The notes under the pieces are model-generated. The model saw only the letters and a list, made by a program, of their open reading frames with translations, was not told the DNA's origin and searched no databases. 64,000 bases of DNA, from NCBI GenBank assembly GCA_964503265.1, contig CAZCYO010000001.1, positions 98,064 to 162,063 of the forward strand, given 5' to 3'. Position 1 is the stretch's first letter; each line of letters starts with the position of its first letter. The position numbers and the translations under genes were made by a program. Of this stretch, positions 9,985 through 19,439 are shown piece after piece. The DNA is from an uncultured Gammaproteobacteria bacterium (GTDB taxonomy: Bacteria > Patescibacteriota > Microgenomatia > Levybacterales > UBA12049).

Positions 9985-10738
9985 CATAAAATTATCTGTA
10001 ATTGTACCAACGTATAAACAAGAAAAAACCATTCTTAAAGACCTCACTCATATTAAATCCGTTCTTGATCAAATCGGGAAAATATATGAATTAATTGTTG
10101 TCGTAGACGGAATGCTTGATAAAACCTATCTAGAAGCAAGAAAATTGCGAGCAAAAAATATTAAAATTTATAAATATTCTAAAAATCAAGGGAAAGGGTA
10201 TGCAATTCGTTATGGAATGTTTAAAGCAAAAGGAGAGATTATTGGTTTTATAGATGCTGGAATGGATCTCGACCCAACAGGTATTTCTATGTTACTTAGT
10301 CATATGCTTTGGTATGATGCGGATATTATCGTGGGTAGTAAATTACATCCAGTATCACAAGTTGAATATCCTTTTTTCAGAAAAGTATTATCGTGGGGAT
10401 ATCGAAGTATTAATAGAATTTTATTTGGTTTAAAAATTCGTGATACACAAGTGGGTATGAAGTTTTATAAAAGAAAAGTAGTAGAAGATGTATTCCCAAA
10501 ACTTTTAGTCAAGCAATTTGCTTTTGATGTTGAGACTCTGGCAGTAGCGAATGCACTTGGTTACACTCGAATATTTGATGCGCCAATTAAATTAAAATAT
10601 AATAAATCGAGTACAATTGATAACAAGAAATACTGGAAAGTTGTGTGGAACATGCTTTGGGATACAGCTGCTGTGTATTATAGAATTACTATTCTTCATT
10701 ACTATCAAAAACAAGTTACAAAGCGAAAAATAAAATGA
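9968..10738 (+). CDS. Family 2 glycosyltransferase (DPM/GtrB-like soluble type)
   Basis: LSVIVPTYKQEKTI...VVVDGMLDKT, then a DAG motif and the catalytic region. Confidence 0.7.
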   Translation: MQKSDNIKLSVIVPTYKQEKTILKDLTHIKSVLDQIGKIYELIVVVDGMLDKTYLEARKLRAKNIKIYKYSKNQGKGYAIRYGMFKAKGEIIGFIDAGMDLDPTGISMLLSHMLWYDADIIVGSKLHPVSQVEYPFFRKVLSWGYRSINRILFGLKIRDTQVGMKFYKRKVVEDVFPKLLVKQFAFDVETLAVANALGYTRIFDAPIKLKYNKSSTIDNKKYWKVVWNMLWDTAAVYYRITILHYYQKQVTKRKIK

Positions 10739-11814
10739 ATATATTGCTATTAAATTGGAGAGATCCAAAGCATGCTAAAGCAGGAGGTGCTGAAAAACTT
10801 AATCTACATATTATAAAACCGTTAGTTGAACGAGGAGATACAGTTACTTGGTATGGATTATCGCAAAAAGGGTTACCCTCTGAGGAATTTTATCAAGGAA
10901 TAAGAATTATTCGATTCGGAAATTATTTATCACATTTCTTAGCATGGCCTTTTTTTTTGTATTCTGGAAAATTCGGTAAAATTGATTTTATTATCGACTG
11001 TATACATGGAATTGGCTATTTTTCTAATCTATTTGCATCGAACGTAAAAAAAAGAATTCTTATTTGTGAAGTAGCTAAAAATATTTGGGATGAAATGGTT
11101 CCATTTCCTGGAAATATAATTGGAAAGGTAATTGAACCAATAATATTTATGTTTTATTCTCGGTGTACATTTTGGACAATTTCTCATTCTACGAAAAAAG
11201 ATTTAATAAAAATGGGTATTATGGCTAATGCTATTAAAATAGTAACAATGGGATTTGATAGTCCAGATAGAATTCCAAAACTCATGAAATACAAATCGCC
11301 GACAGCCCTATTTGTAGGAAGACTTGCTAAAATGAAAGGGATAAAAGATGCTATAGAGGCAATAGGATTAGTTAATAAAGAATTAGAAACAAAATGGACA
11401 TTACTTATTGTTGGAAAGGGTACTGATGCTTACGAGCATGAATTAAAAAGAATGGCGACGAAAATCATAGGTAATAAACATATTAAATTCCTAGGATTTT
11501 TAACTGAAGAGGAGAAATTTAAAGAGATGGAAAAAACATGGATCCTTGTCGTTCCATCTAGTCGTGAAGGATGGGGAATGATCGTGGGAGAAGCAAATCA
11601 CGTAGGAACTCAGGTAATTGGATATAATTCTCCCGGTCTTACTGATTCTCTTTCGTATTATTCTTCTGACAATATTATCGTAAATAGAAATCCAAAATCG
11701 CTTGCCAAAGCGATCAAATTACTTAAACAACCAAATAAAATTCATGGTAAAATCAAACCTGGATGGGAAATTCTTGAAAAAGAGATTTTAACTGATATCT
11801 ATGAAGAAAATTAA
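10735..11814 (+). CDS. Family 4 (GT-B) glycosyltransferase
   Basis: MNILLLNWRDPKHAKAGGAEK N-terminus and a C-terminal EGWGMIVGEANHVGTQVIGYNSPG block. ATGA start/stop overlap with the upstream gene. Confidence 0.75.
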   Translation: MNILLLNWRDPKHAKAGGAEKLNLHIIKPLVERGDTVTWYGLSQKGLPSEEFYQGIRIIRFGNYLSHFLAWPFFLYSGKFGKIDFIIDCIHGIGYFSNLFASNVKKRILICEVAKNIWDEMVPFPGNIIGKVIEPIIFMFYSRCTFWTISHSTKKDLIKMGIMANAIKIVTMGFDSPDRIPKLMKYKSPTALFVGRLAKMKGIKDAIEAIGLVNKELETKWTLLIVGKGTDAYEHELKRMATKIIGNKHIKFLGFLTEEEKFKEMEKTWILVVPSSREGWGMIVGEANHVGTQVIGYNSPGLTDSLSYYSSDNIIVNRNPKSLAKAIKLLKQPNKIHGKIKPGWEILEKEILTDIYEEN

Positions 11815-12562
11815 AATAAAACACGAAATTGTTGAAAAGACATTAGGTATTCCTCCTGATTACCAATATAAAGCTTTACACAAATCTAATTTCCTACAGT
11901 CAAATTGGCATGCCAATAAGTTAACTGTAATTGAATCGTCTTTACCTCTTTCTAAAAAAGTTTGTATTCTAGACTTGGGGTCTGGTTCTGGAAATTTCGA
12001 AATAATATATGCAAGTAAAGTAAAACAAATTACTGCAGTAGATTATCATAAAGAAGCGTTAGAATTTTTAGAATCAATGCTAAAAAAGCAAAAAACAAAG
12101 AATGTAAAATTTATTCACTCCGACATAAGAGATTTGGGTAAAGTCACGACTTTAGAAAAATATGACATTATACTCTTAGTCGATGTTATAGAACATATTG
12201 AGAAAAAGGAGGCAGTATCAATGATAAAACTATTCAGAAAAATTTTATTGCCAGGTGGGCAAATATGTGTTATTACTCCAAATTATAAAAGTTTATGGAT
12301 TCATATTGAACATATTTTGGATCACTTTACAATTGTTCCACATTTTGGCGGTCATCAACACTTAGCTCAATATTATCCACAAAACTTACAAGAACTGTTT
12401 GAATCAAATGGATATAAAACAAAAAATATGGCGACGTTTAATTTATTCTCTTTTCTGATTCCAATTCGTTTTCTCTCAACGTTATTTAGTAAATTAGAGT
12501 TATTTTCAAATATACAATTTGGGAATTTATTAATAGGAGTATTTACAGATGAAAAAAAGTGA
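11801..12562 (+). CDS. Class I SAM-dependent methyltransferase
   Basis: Motif I ILDLGSGSGNF, then an acidic loop and motif post-I (ILLVDVIEH). Confidence 0.75.
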   Translation: MKKIKIKHEIVEKTLGIPPDYQYKALHKSNFLQSNWHANKLTVIESSLPLSKKVCILDLGSGSGNFEIIYASKVKQITAVDYHKEALEFLESMLKKQKTKNVKFIHSDIRDLGKVTTLEKYDIILLVDVIEHIEKKEAVSMIKLFRKILLPGGQICVITPNYKSLWIHIEHILDHFTIVPHFGGHQHLAQYYPQNLQELFESNGYKTKNMATFNLFSFLIPIRFLSTLFSKLELFSNIQFGNLLIGVFTDEKK

Positions 12563-13214
12563 ACAAATAGAACTTTGGAAAAAAAATTATTCTTCTGATC
12601 AGGAAAATCTTTATAAAAGTTTTTTTATACGAGCTATTTTCGATATGGGGCATACGTATATTGCAAAAAAAGGTAAAGAAAAAAATGGAAATGTTTTAGA
12701 TTTAGGATCTGGGATGGGGTATCACCTTAAATTTGAAAAAGTAACTTCAAAGAGAGTGTATACTTGTCTTGATAGTGATGCAACAATGCTCGATAGAATT
12801 ACAAAAAAAGGAGTAAAAAAGATTGTAGGCACATGTAGTAAGATTCCGTTAAAAGATGCAAGCGTTGATGTTATTATCGCATCCCATATACTCGAGCATC
12901 TTCCTACATTACGAAAAGATTTAGAAGAGATAAAAAGAGTACTCAAAAAGGATGGGCTATTTCTTGTTGTACTTCCTTGTGATCCTGGGTTTTTATGGAA
13001 AATGTTAACGTTTATTACACCAAGTAGATGGAGACTTAAAAAAATAGGAATTGATTATGATGTTGTAATGAAACATGAACATGTAAATACATATGAAAAA
13101 TGTATGACAGAATTAAAAAAACAATTCATTAATAAAGATACAACTTATTATCCATTTTTAATAAAAAATTATAACGCTAATATCCTTAGTTGCCTCACAT
13201 ATTCACCTAAATAA
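12549..13214 (+). CDS. Class I SAM-dependent methyltransferase (second tandem copy)
   Basis: Motif I VLDLGSGMGYH, then DVIIASHILEHL. Confidence 0.75.
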   Translation: MKKSEQIELWKKNYSSDQENLYKSFFIRAIFDMGHTYIAKKGKEKNGNVLDLGSGMGYHLKFEKVTSKRVYTCLDSDATMLDRITKKGVKKIVGTCSKIPLKDASVDVIIASHILEHLPTLRKDLEEIKRVLKKDGLFLVVLPCDPGFLWKMLTFITPSRWRLKKIGIDYDVVMKHEHVNTYEKCMTELKKQFINKDTTYYPFLIKNYNANILSCLTYSPK

Positions 13215-13219
13215 TTTTT

Positions 13220-15586
13220 ATGCATATTCTTTTTAAACTCCTTGAACGTTTAGAAAAAAATAGTTATCGTATATTTTCCTCATTTTGTTCAACAGAAAAA
13301 AAAGTAGATCGAAATATAATTCTATTATATGTTCTACTACTAGTATTGTTTTTTATAAAACCATTCTTAACTACCTATATGCACGCAGATTTTATTGCAT
13401 ACTGGGTACCTAATTATAAATTTGTATTGGATTCACTCCATAATGGTGTTTTGCCTTTTTGGCAACCATATTCATTTTTAGGACTTCCAGAATTATTTAA
13501 ATTAGAACTTGTATTATTCTATCCTCCTGTCTGGATTTTACTCTTTGTAAACATTGTTTTTAATAGTTCTTCAGATTTAACTTTCATAGGAAAAAGTATA
13601 GAAATACTACAATACTGTAATTTTTTAATTGGAGCTAGCGGTATGTACTTTCTTCTAAAAAAAATATTTAAATTGTCTACAATTTCATCTTTTTTTGGAG
13701 GGGCAATATTTATATTCTCAATATATATTACAATTCAAAGTGGAGATATATCTTCATTACCTGGCAAATTATATCTTCCTTTAATTTTACTTTCATTACT
13801 GAATTTTATTAACAGCGGTAATTTTAGAAATTATTTATTCTTAGTGTTTGTAAACTATTTATTGTTAACTTTAGGATATCCCTATAATTATATATATTTC
13901 TATTTAGCTGAAATGACTCTAGCAGTATGTTTTGGTTTTAAAAAAACGCTAGTAGTTGGTATTTCTCTTATTAATTCAATACTTCTAGCTGGTTTCTTTC
14001 TTTTGCCCAATTTACATATATTAAATCAGTCAGCTCGCGGGGCGATTTCTGGAATTGAAGATCCTTTATTTCATTTGCGAAACGCCTATATCCCTACTAA
14101 GGTTATCAATATTTTTAATCCGCAAGTTTTTGCAAATCTCTATGATGTAAAAGATCCACATCTACTTTTTTCTATGGGTATGTTAAGTTGGGGAGTTATT
14201 CCATTAATTTTTTTAATAATAGGATTTGTAAACTTAAAATATAATAAACTAAATATTTGGACTGCTTTACTTTTTATTTTCGGAATAGTAATTAGTCTAG
14301 GGGGATATATAGGTGCTCCAGAAACACTTGGTGTAATTTTTCCTGTAATTGAAAAGTTACGAAGTCATTCTCAGATTCTGAGTTTAACATTTTTTTCTGG
14401 AGTAATTATATTAGCACAAGGTACAGATGCTGTTTTACATGGATACACAAATAAGAAAATATTCTTCTTTCTATGGGAAATAATTATACTGTTAATTATC
14501 TACTTACTGTCGTTACCGTTTACTTGCCAAATCTGTACGAGTGACTCATTTGATGTCATTGTAAGTCTTTTCAGATCGGGTTTATTGTTATTTATTGGAT
14601 TAATTCTAGTTCACATGCTTAGTAAAAGTAAAAATAGCGTTTTTCTTATAGCTTGTTTAATTATTACATTATTTGAATTTAGTTTTTATGCTCAAAACAT
14701 TTCTTATCTTAGAATGCCTATTTCGTATTCTAATTATTACAAAGAAAATAGTTTGATTGTTGAGCATTCTAATCTAACAAACTTATTTAGATATTCTTTT
14801 GTTGAAAATCAATTTATTTATAATACATCAATGCTTGGTATCTTTAATAAAGAAGGGTATGAAACAGTTCCATACCAAGCGTACATTTCACTTAATCGAT
14901 TAAGTCAGGAAAAAATATTACAATTTACAAATACGAAATATCTGGTTACAACTACAGCAAATCAAGAAAAAAATATTCCTTCTTTATCTCTTATAAAAAC
15001 GATTGACCCGAAAGAACATCCTCAGGAGATCTTTCTAGGAACAATTAAAGGGTTTGCATATTTCAGTCCTCAAATTGAGAATAAATACTATATTTATAAA
15101 GTAAATAATTATCTTCCAAGGTTTTTTATCTCGAAACATGTTCAGTCATGTTTTGGGACTGGATGTTTATTAAATACTGATTTTTCATCATTATCATATG
15201 TAAACGAAGGTTCAATAGAGCAACAAAACCCTCCTCAACATGATGTCACAATAAAAATAAAATCCTATACTTCTAATTCAATAATACTTTCTGTTGAAAC
15301 CAAGATAAAAACATTTATTTCTTCTTCTGAGATATGGGATAAAGGATGGAAGCTTTCAGTTAACGGAAATATTTCAAAATTATATAATGTAAATAATGGC
15401 TTTAGAGGATTTTTTGTTCCTGAGGGTAAAAGCGATATTGTAATGAATTATTTCCCACCTTTTTTCTATCATGGAATTGTTTTTTCAATCAGTGGAATTA
15501 TAATGCTTTTTGGATATTTGATTTACTCAGTAAGATATAGCATAAAAGATAAACACATAAAAGCTAGACATACAATCAAGAAATAG
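13220..15586 (+). CDS. YfhO-like large polytopic membrane protein (GT-C candidate) with a C-terminal TM anchor
   Basis: 788 aa. An N-terminal multi-TM block is followed by a large extracytoplasmic region and a final TM (GIVFSISGIIMLFGYLIYSV). This architecture matches the YfhO family. Confidence 0.5.
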   Translation: MHILFKLLERLEKNSYRIFSSFCSTEKKVDRNIILLYVLLLVLFFIKPFLTTYMHADFIAYWVPNYKFVLDSLHNGVLPFWQPYSFLGLPELFKLELVLFYPPVWILLFVNIVFNSSSDLTFIGKSIEILQYCNFLIGASGMYFLLKKIFKLSTISSFFGGAIFIFSIYITIQSGDISSLPGKLYLPLILLSLLNFINSGNFRNYLFLVFVNYLLLTLGYPYNYIYFYLAEMTLAVCFGFKKTLVVGISLINSILLAGFFLLPNLHILNQSARGAISGIEDPLFHLRNAYIPTKVINIFNPQVFANLYDVKDPHLLFSMGMLSWGVIPLIFLIIGFVNLKYNKLNIWTALLFIFGIVISLGGYIGAPETLGVIFPVIEKLRSHSQILSLTFFSGVIILAQGTDAVLHGYTNKKIFFFLWEIIILLIIYLLSLPFTCQICTSDSFDVIVSLFRSGLLLFIGLILVHMLSKSKNSVFLIACLIITLFEFSFYAQNISYLRMPISYSNYYKENSLIVEHSNLTNLFRYSFVENQFIYNTSMLGIFNKEGYETVPYQAYISLNRLSQEKILQFTNTKYLVTTTANQEKNIPSLSLIKTIDPKEHPQEIFLGTIKGFAYFSPQIENKYYIYKVNNYLPRFFISKHVQSCFGTGCLLNTDFSSLSYVNEGSIEQQNPPQHDVTIKIKSYTSNSIILSVETKIKTFISSSEIWDKGWKLSVNGNISKLYNVNNGFRGFFVPEGKSDIVMNYFPPFFYHGIVFSISGIIMLFGYLIYSVRYSIKDKHIKARHTIKK

Positions 15587-15600
15587 TTAAAATTTTCTAT

Positions 15601-16611
15601 ATGAAGCTACCACCTCTTTCTATTATTATCGTAACACGTAATTCAGAACGAACATTGAAAGAATGTCTTAAACGCATTAAAATGCAAGATTATAACGCGC
15701 CAATTGAAGTACTACTTATAGATGGAGGGAGTGTCGATAATTCAAAAAGAATTGCGAAAGAAAGTGGGCTATCCGCACATTTTATTAACGGTGGATATCC
15801 AGATAACCAAGAAGCCAGAAGATCTGTTGGTATAGAAAACGCCACTTATGAGATCTGCGTGTTTATAGATTCAGATAACTACATGATAGGAAAAAAATGG
15901 TTACAAGAAATGGTAGAGCCTCTTTTGATTGATAAAGAAATAATTGCGACACAGACATTGCGTTATGCTGCTCCTAAAAATGAATCTCTTTTAAATAGAT
16001 ATTTTGGGTTGCTTGGAGGGGCAGATCCTGTAGCCTATTATTTAGGGAAAGATGATCGACTAAGTTGGATGTTTGACACATGGAATTTACTTGGGATTGT
16101 GTTAGAGGAAAAGAAAAATTATTTTAAAATCGCATTTGACCCAACTAATTATCCTTCAGTTGGTTGTAATGGAGTAATGTTTAGAAAATCAATTCTTCTT
16201 AAATCTAACTGGGGTAGTCATGAAAATTATTTTCATGCAGATGTCTTCGTTGATATTGGAAAACAGGGATATAATAAATTTGGAATTGTAAAAAATGAGA
16301 TATTTCACATAACAGCGGGAACTCCGATTAGTTTTCTAAAAAAAAGAAGATTGTATATGCAACTTCATCATCAATCATTACATACAAAACGTAGACAGCT
16401 AGTTTTTGACCCTCACAAGAGGTCTGATGTCCTAAAACTAGTACTATTTATTTTCTTTGCAATTACTTTCGTTGAACCTATTATTGAATCCCTTGTCGGG
16501 TACGCAAAAAAAAGAGATAGGGCATGGTTTTTACATCCTCTTATGACTGTTGGAATGGCTCTTTTATATAGTGAAGCAACTATAAATAGACTTTTTCTAA
16601 AAAAATCATAA
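15601..16611 (+). CDS. Family 2 glycosyltransferase
   Basis: LSIIIVTRNSERTLKECL...LLIDGGSVDNS with a DSD motif. Confidence 0.7.
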   Translation: MKLPPLSIIIVTRNSERTLKECLKRIKMQDYNAPIEVLLIDGGSVDNSKRIAKESGLSAHFINGGYPDNQEARRSVGIENATYEICVFIDSDNYMIGKKWLQEMVEPLLIDKEIIATQTLRYAAPKNESLLNRYFGLLGGADPVAYYLGKDDRLSWMFDTWNLLGIVLEEKKNYFKIAFDPTNYPSVGCNGVMFRKSILLKSNWGSHENYFHADVFVDIGKQGYNKFGIVKNEIFHITAGTPISFLKKRRLYMQLHHQSLHTKRRQLVFDPHKRSDVLKLVLFIFFAITFVEPIIESLVGYAKKRDRAWFLHPLMTVGMALLYSEATINRLFLKKS

Positions 16612-16613
16612 TT

Positions 16614-17489
16614 ATGAAAACTCTTGTACTTTTTGGCTCAAATGGATTTGTGGGTAAGAATCTTAAAGATTTTCTTATTAGTAAAAAGCATTTGCATATT
16701 CTTTTTCCTAATCAAAGTGAATGCGATCTTTTGAAATCACGTAAAGTAAAAAGTTATTTAGATATTGTAAATCCTGACTATATTATTAACGCAGCATATA
16801 TTGAAGTTAATTCTAATGTGAAGCCAACAAAGAAGTATTTAGATAGTAACTTAAAAATTTCAAATAATATTTTAAAGGCATGTAAAGATAAAAAAAATCT
16901 TCAAAAAATAATATTTTTCGGTTCAGGACTCGAATATGGCGATTCAGATACCCCAATTGATGAAACTCACCCTCTAAATCCTAAAAATTATTACGCTAAA
17001 ACAAAAGCAATTCAATCACAAACATCACTTAATCTTGCAAATGAATTTAATCTTCCTCTTGTACTTATAAAACCTTTTAATCTGTATGGACCTCATGACA
17101 ACAAGAGTGTTTTCTTCTATGTCATTTCGTCAATTCTTCAAAAAAAAGCTTTTTCGATTACAAAAGGAGAACAAATTCGAGATATATTGTACATAGAAGA
17201 TCTCTGTGTATTAGTTGAAAAAGCACTTTTTGATAATACTATTTCTTCAGGTGAGGTAATAAATGCTGGTTTTGGAAAAGGAATACTTCTACGAGATATA
17301 ATTGATTCTATTTTTAAAATTACAAAGTATGAGGGAGAAATTACTTTTAGAAACTATCGTGACAACGAGTACTTTTCTCAAGTTGCAGACATTCAAAAAG
17401 CAAAGAAGTTAGTTGGTTGGGAACCGATAACACCTATAGAACTAGGTTTACAGAAGACTATTGCATGGGTGACTGCCATATTACATTGA
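16614..17489 (+). CDS. GDP-L-fucose synthase-like NDP-4-keto-6-deoxyhexose epimerase/reductase (Fcl/ColC family, SDR)
   Basis: GSNGFVGKNL Rossmann motif, a YAKTK catalytic pair, and NLYGPHDN, which is identical to the Fcl signature TNLYGPHDNF. Confidence 0.6.
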   Translation: MKTLVLFGSNGFVGKNLKDFLISKKHLHILFPNQSECDLLKSRKVKSYLDIVNPDYIINAAYIEVNSNVKPTKKYLDSNLKISNNILKACKDKKNLQKIIFFGSGLEYGDSDTPIDETHPLNPKNYYAKTKAIQSQTSLNLANEFNLPLVLIKPFNLYGPHDNKSVFFYVISSILQKKAFSITKGEQIRDILYIEDLCVLVEKALFDNTISSGEVINAGFGKGILLRDIIDSIFKITKYEGEITFRNYRDNEYFSQVADIQKAKKLVGWEPITPIELGLQKTIAWVTAILH

Positions 17490-17563
17490 AGAAGCAATAT
17501 TTTTGAATGGGTTTTATATATTGTGGTTTGTCGTTATAATTCCTATAATAATCTAATCATTAT

Positions 17564-18340
17564 ATGAAGACAATCATCCTCTCAGGAGGTTTAGGCTACA
17601 GACTTAAAGAAGAAACAGAATTTAAACCTAAGCCAATGGTGAATGTTGGTGGAAATCCGATCCTTTGGCATATCATGAAAATCTACGCTCATTACGGGTT
17701 TAATGACTTCCTCATCGCACTTGGATATAAAGGAGATTACATTAAACAATATTTTCTTAATCAGAAACAATTCATGTATGATTTCACACTTCATACAAAA
17801 TCAGGTTATACAAAACTTCATAAATCGAGTAAAAGTGCACTGGATGACTTCAAAATGACATTTGTGGATACTGGTGAAGAAACGCTTCCAGGTGAGAGAA
17901 TTTTACGAATGAAAGACTATATTCTAGAAGGGGATGACAATTTTATGGTTACCTATGGAGATGGTGTATCAGATATTAATATTAAAGAACTGGTTACATT
18001 TCATAAAAAACAGAATACGATCGGTACAATTACAGGTGTTCATCCAAGAAGTAGATATGGATTATTAAAACATGATAAAAATAATGTGGTGAATGAGTTC
18101 TTAGAAAAACCAGTTCTCCGTGAATGGACGAATGGCGGATTTATGATATTCAAAAAAGAATTTTTTGAATATCTTCGACCAGGAGAACTTGAGCACGAAG
18201 CATTAAAACGATTAGTAGCTGAAAAACAACTCTCTGTGTATGGCTATGATGGATTTTGGCAGTCTATGGATACATATAATGATGTTATGACGCTTAACAC
18301 ATTGTGGGGGACAACAGCTCCGTGGAAGGTTTGGAAATAA
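17564..18340 (+). CDS. rfbF: Glucose-1-phosphate cytidylyltransferase
   Basis: MKTIILSGGLGYRLKEETEFKPKPMVNVGGNPILWHIMKIYAHYGFNDFLIALGYKGDYIKQYF, the hallmark N-terminus of RfbF/DdhA. Confidence 0.85.
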   Translation: MKTIILSGGLGYRLKEETEFKPKPMVNVGGNPILWHIMKIYAHYGFNDFLIALGYKGDYIKQYFLNQKQFMYDFTLHTKSGYTKLHKSSKSALDDFKMTFVDTGEETLPGERILRMKDYILEGDDNFMVTYGDGVSDINIKELVTFHKKQNTIGTITGVHPRSRYGLLKHDKNNVVNEFLEKPVLREWTNGGFMIFKKEFFEYLRPGELEHEALKRLVAEKQLSVYGYDGFWQSMDTYNDVMTLNTLWGTTAPWKVWK

Positions 18341-18341
18341 T

Positions 18342-19439
18342 ATGATGGTTACGAAAGGTGAAGTAGAAAAAAAAGACATTGCTTACATTCATAAAAAAGC
18401 AAAAAATGAATTTAAAGAATTAGTTGGCAAAAATGTACTTCTTATTGGCGCGAATGGATTTCTTGGTTATTATTTTGTGAAGTCTATTTTAACATGGAAC
18501 GAAGAACATCCACTTGAGATAATTAACCTCACTATTTTAAGTACCTACCGTGCTGGTATACCTGCATGGCTATTATCTTTGAAGAAAGCTCGTAAAGTTA
18601 TTATTCTTAAAAAAGATATTACTAAATATAACATTCCAACTATAAAGGAATATCATTACATTATTCATGCTGCTTCGATAGCGTCTCCAACATTTTATCG
18701 ACTACACCCAATCGAAACAATTAATGCAAACGTTCAGGGTCTTTATAATTTGCTAGATTTTCTTTTACGAAGAAAAGAGAAAAAGAATGCAGTTAAAGGT
18801 CTACTTTTCTTTTCGACAAGTGAGATCTATGGAAATCCCACGCCTGAAAATATTCCAACACCTGAAACATATAATGGCAATGTATCTTGTACGGGTCCTA
18901 GAGCTTGCTACGATGAATCAAAAAGATTTTGTGAAACATTATGTGTTAACTATGTTCAAGTGCATAAGTTGCCAATCAAGGTTGCGAGACCATTTAATAA
19001 TTATGGTCCGGGACTTAAAATTGATGATAAGAGAGTCATCCCTGATTTTGCCACGAATATCCTTAATGATAAAAATATCGAATTATTATCGGATGGAGGA
19101 CCTACAAGAACATTTTGTTATGTAACAGACGCAATAGTTGGATATTTCAAAATTCTTGTTAAAGGTCTTCCAGGTGAAGCATATAATATCGGAATCGAAG
19201 AACCAGAAATATCAATGAAAGAACTTGCTGAAAGAATGAAAATAATTGCTGAAAAAGAATTTGGATATAAAGGGAAGGTCGTTACGGCAGTTAGTAAAGA
19301 TAAAGAGTATCTTACTCACAATCCACAGCGAAGAAGACCTGTGATTGAAAAAGCTAAAAAAGAACTTCATTATGATCCAACTGTTACGCTTGACGAGGGT
19401 TTACGAAATGTATTATTGTGGTATAAAGAAAATCTATGA
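18342..19439 (+). CDS. UDP-glucuronate decarboxylase-like SDR (UXS / ArnA C-terminal domain family)
   Basis: YDESKRFCETLCVNY...VARPFNNYGPG closely parallels the UXS block YDEGKRVAETMCYAY...ARIFNTFGP. A GANGFLG Rossmann motif is present, and the gene sits directly upstream of ugd. Confidence 0.6.
   Translation: MMVTKGEVEKKDIAYIHKKAKNEFKELVGKNVLLIGANGFLGYYFVKSILTWNEEHPLEIINLTILSTYRAGIPAWLLSLKKARKVIILKKDITKYNIPTIKEYHYIIHAASIASPTFYRLHPIETINANVQGLYNLLDFLLRRKEKKNAVKGLLFFSTSEIYGNPTPENIPTPETYNGNVSCTGPRACYDESKRFCETLCVNYVQVHKLPIKVARPFNNYGPGLKIDDKRVIPDFATNILNDKNIELLSDGGPTRTFCYVTDAIVGYFKILVKGLPGEAYNIGIEEPEISMKELAERMKIIAEKEFGYKGKVVTAVSKDKEYLTHNPQRRRPVIEKAKKELHYDPTVTLDEGLRNVLLWYKENL

Noticed and set aside
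18342-19439. CDP-glucose 4,6-dehydratase (RfbG) assignment, which would follow RfbF.
   Set aside because: The catalytic region YDESKRFCETLC...ARPFNNYGP matches the UXS/ArnA-Cterm signature YDEGKR. It does not match the YxxSK contexts of CDP- or dTDP-glucose 4,6-dehydratases. Its immediate linkage to ugd also fits a UDP-GlcA decarboxylase.
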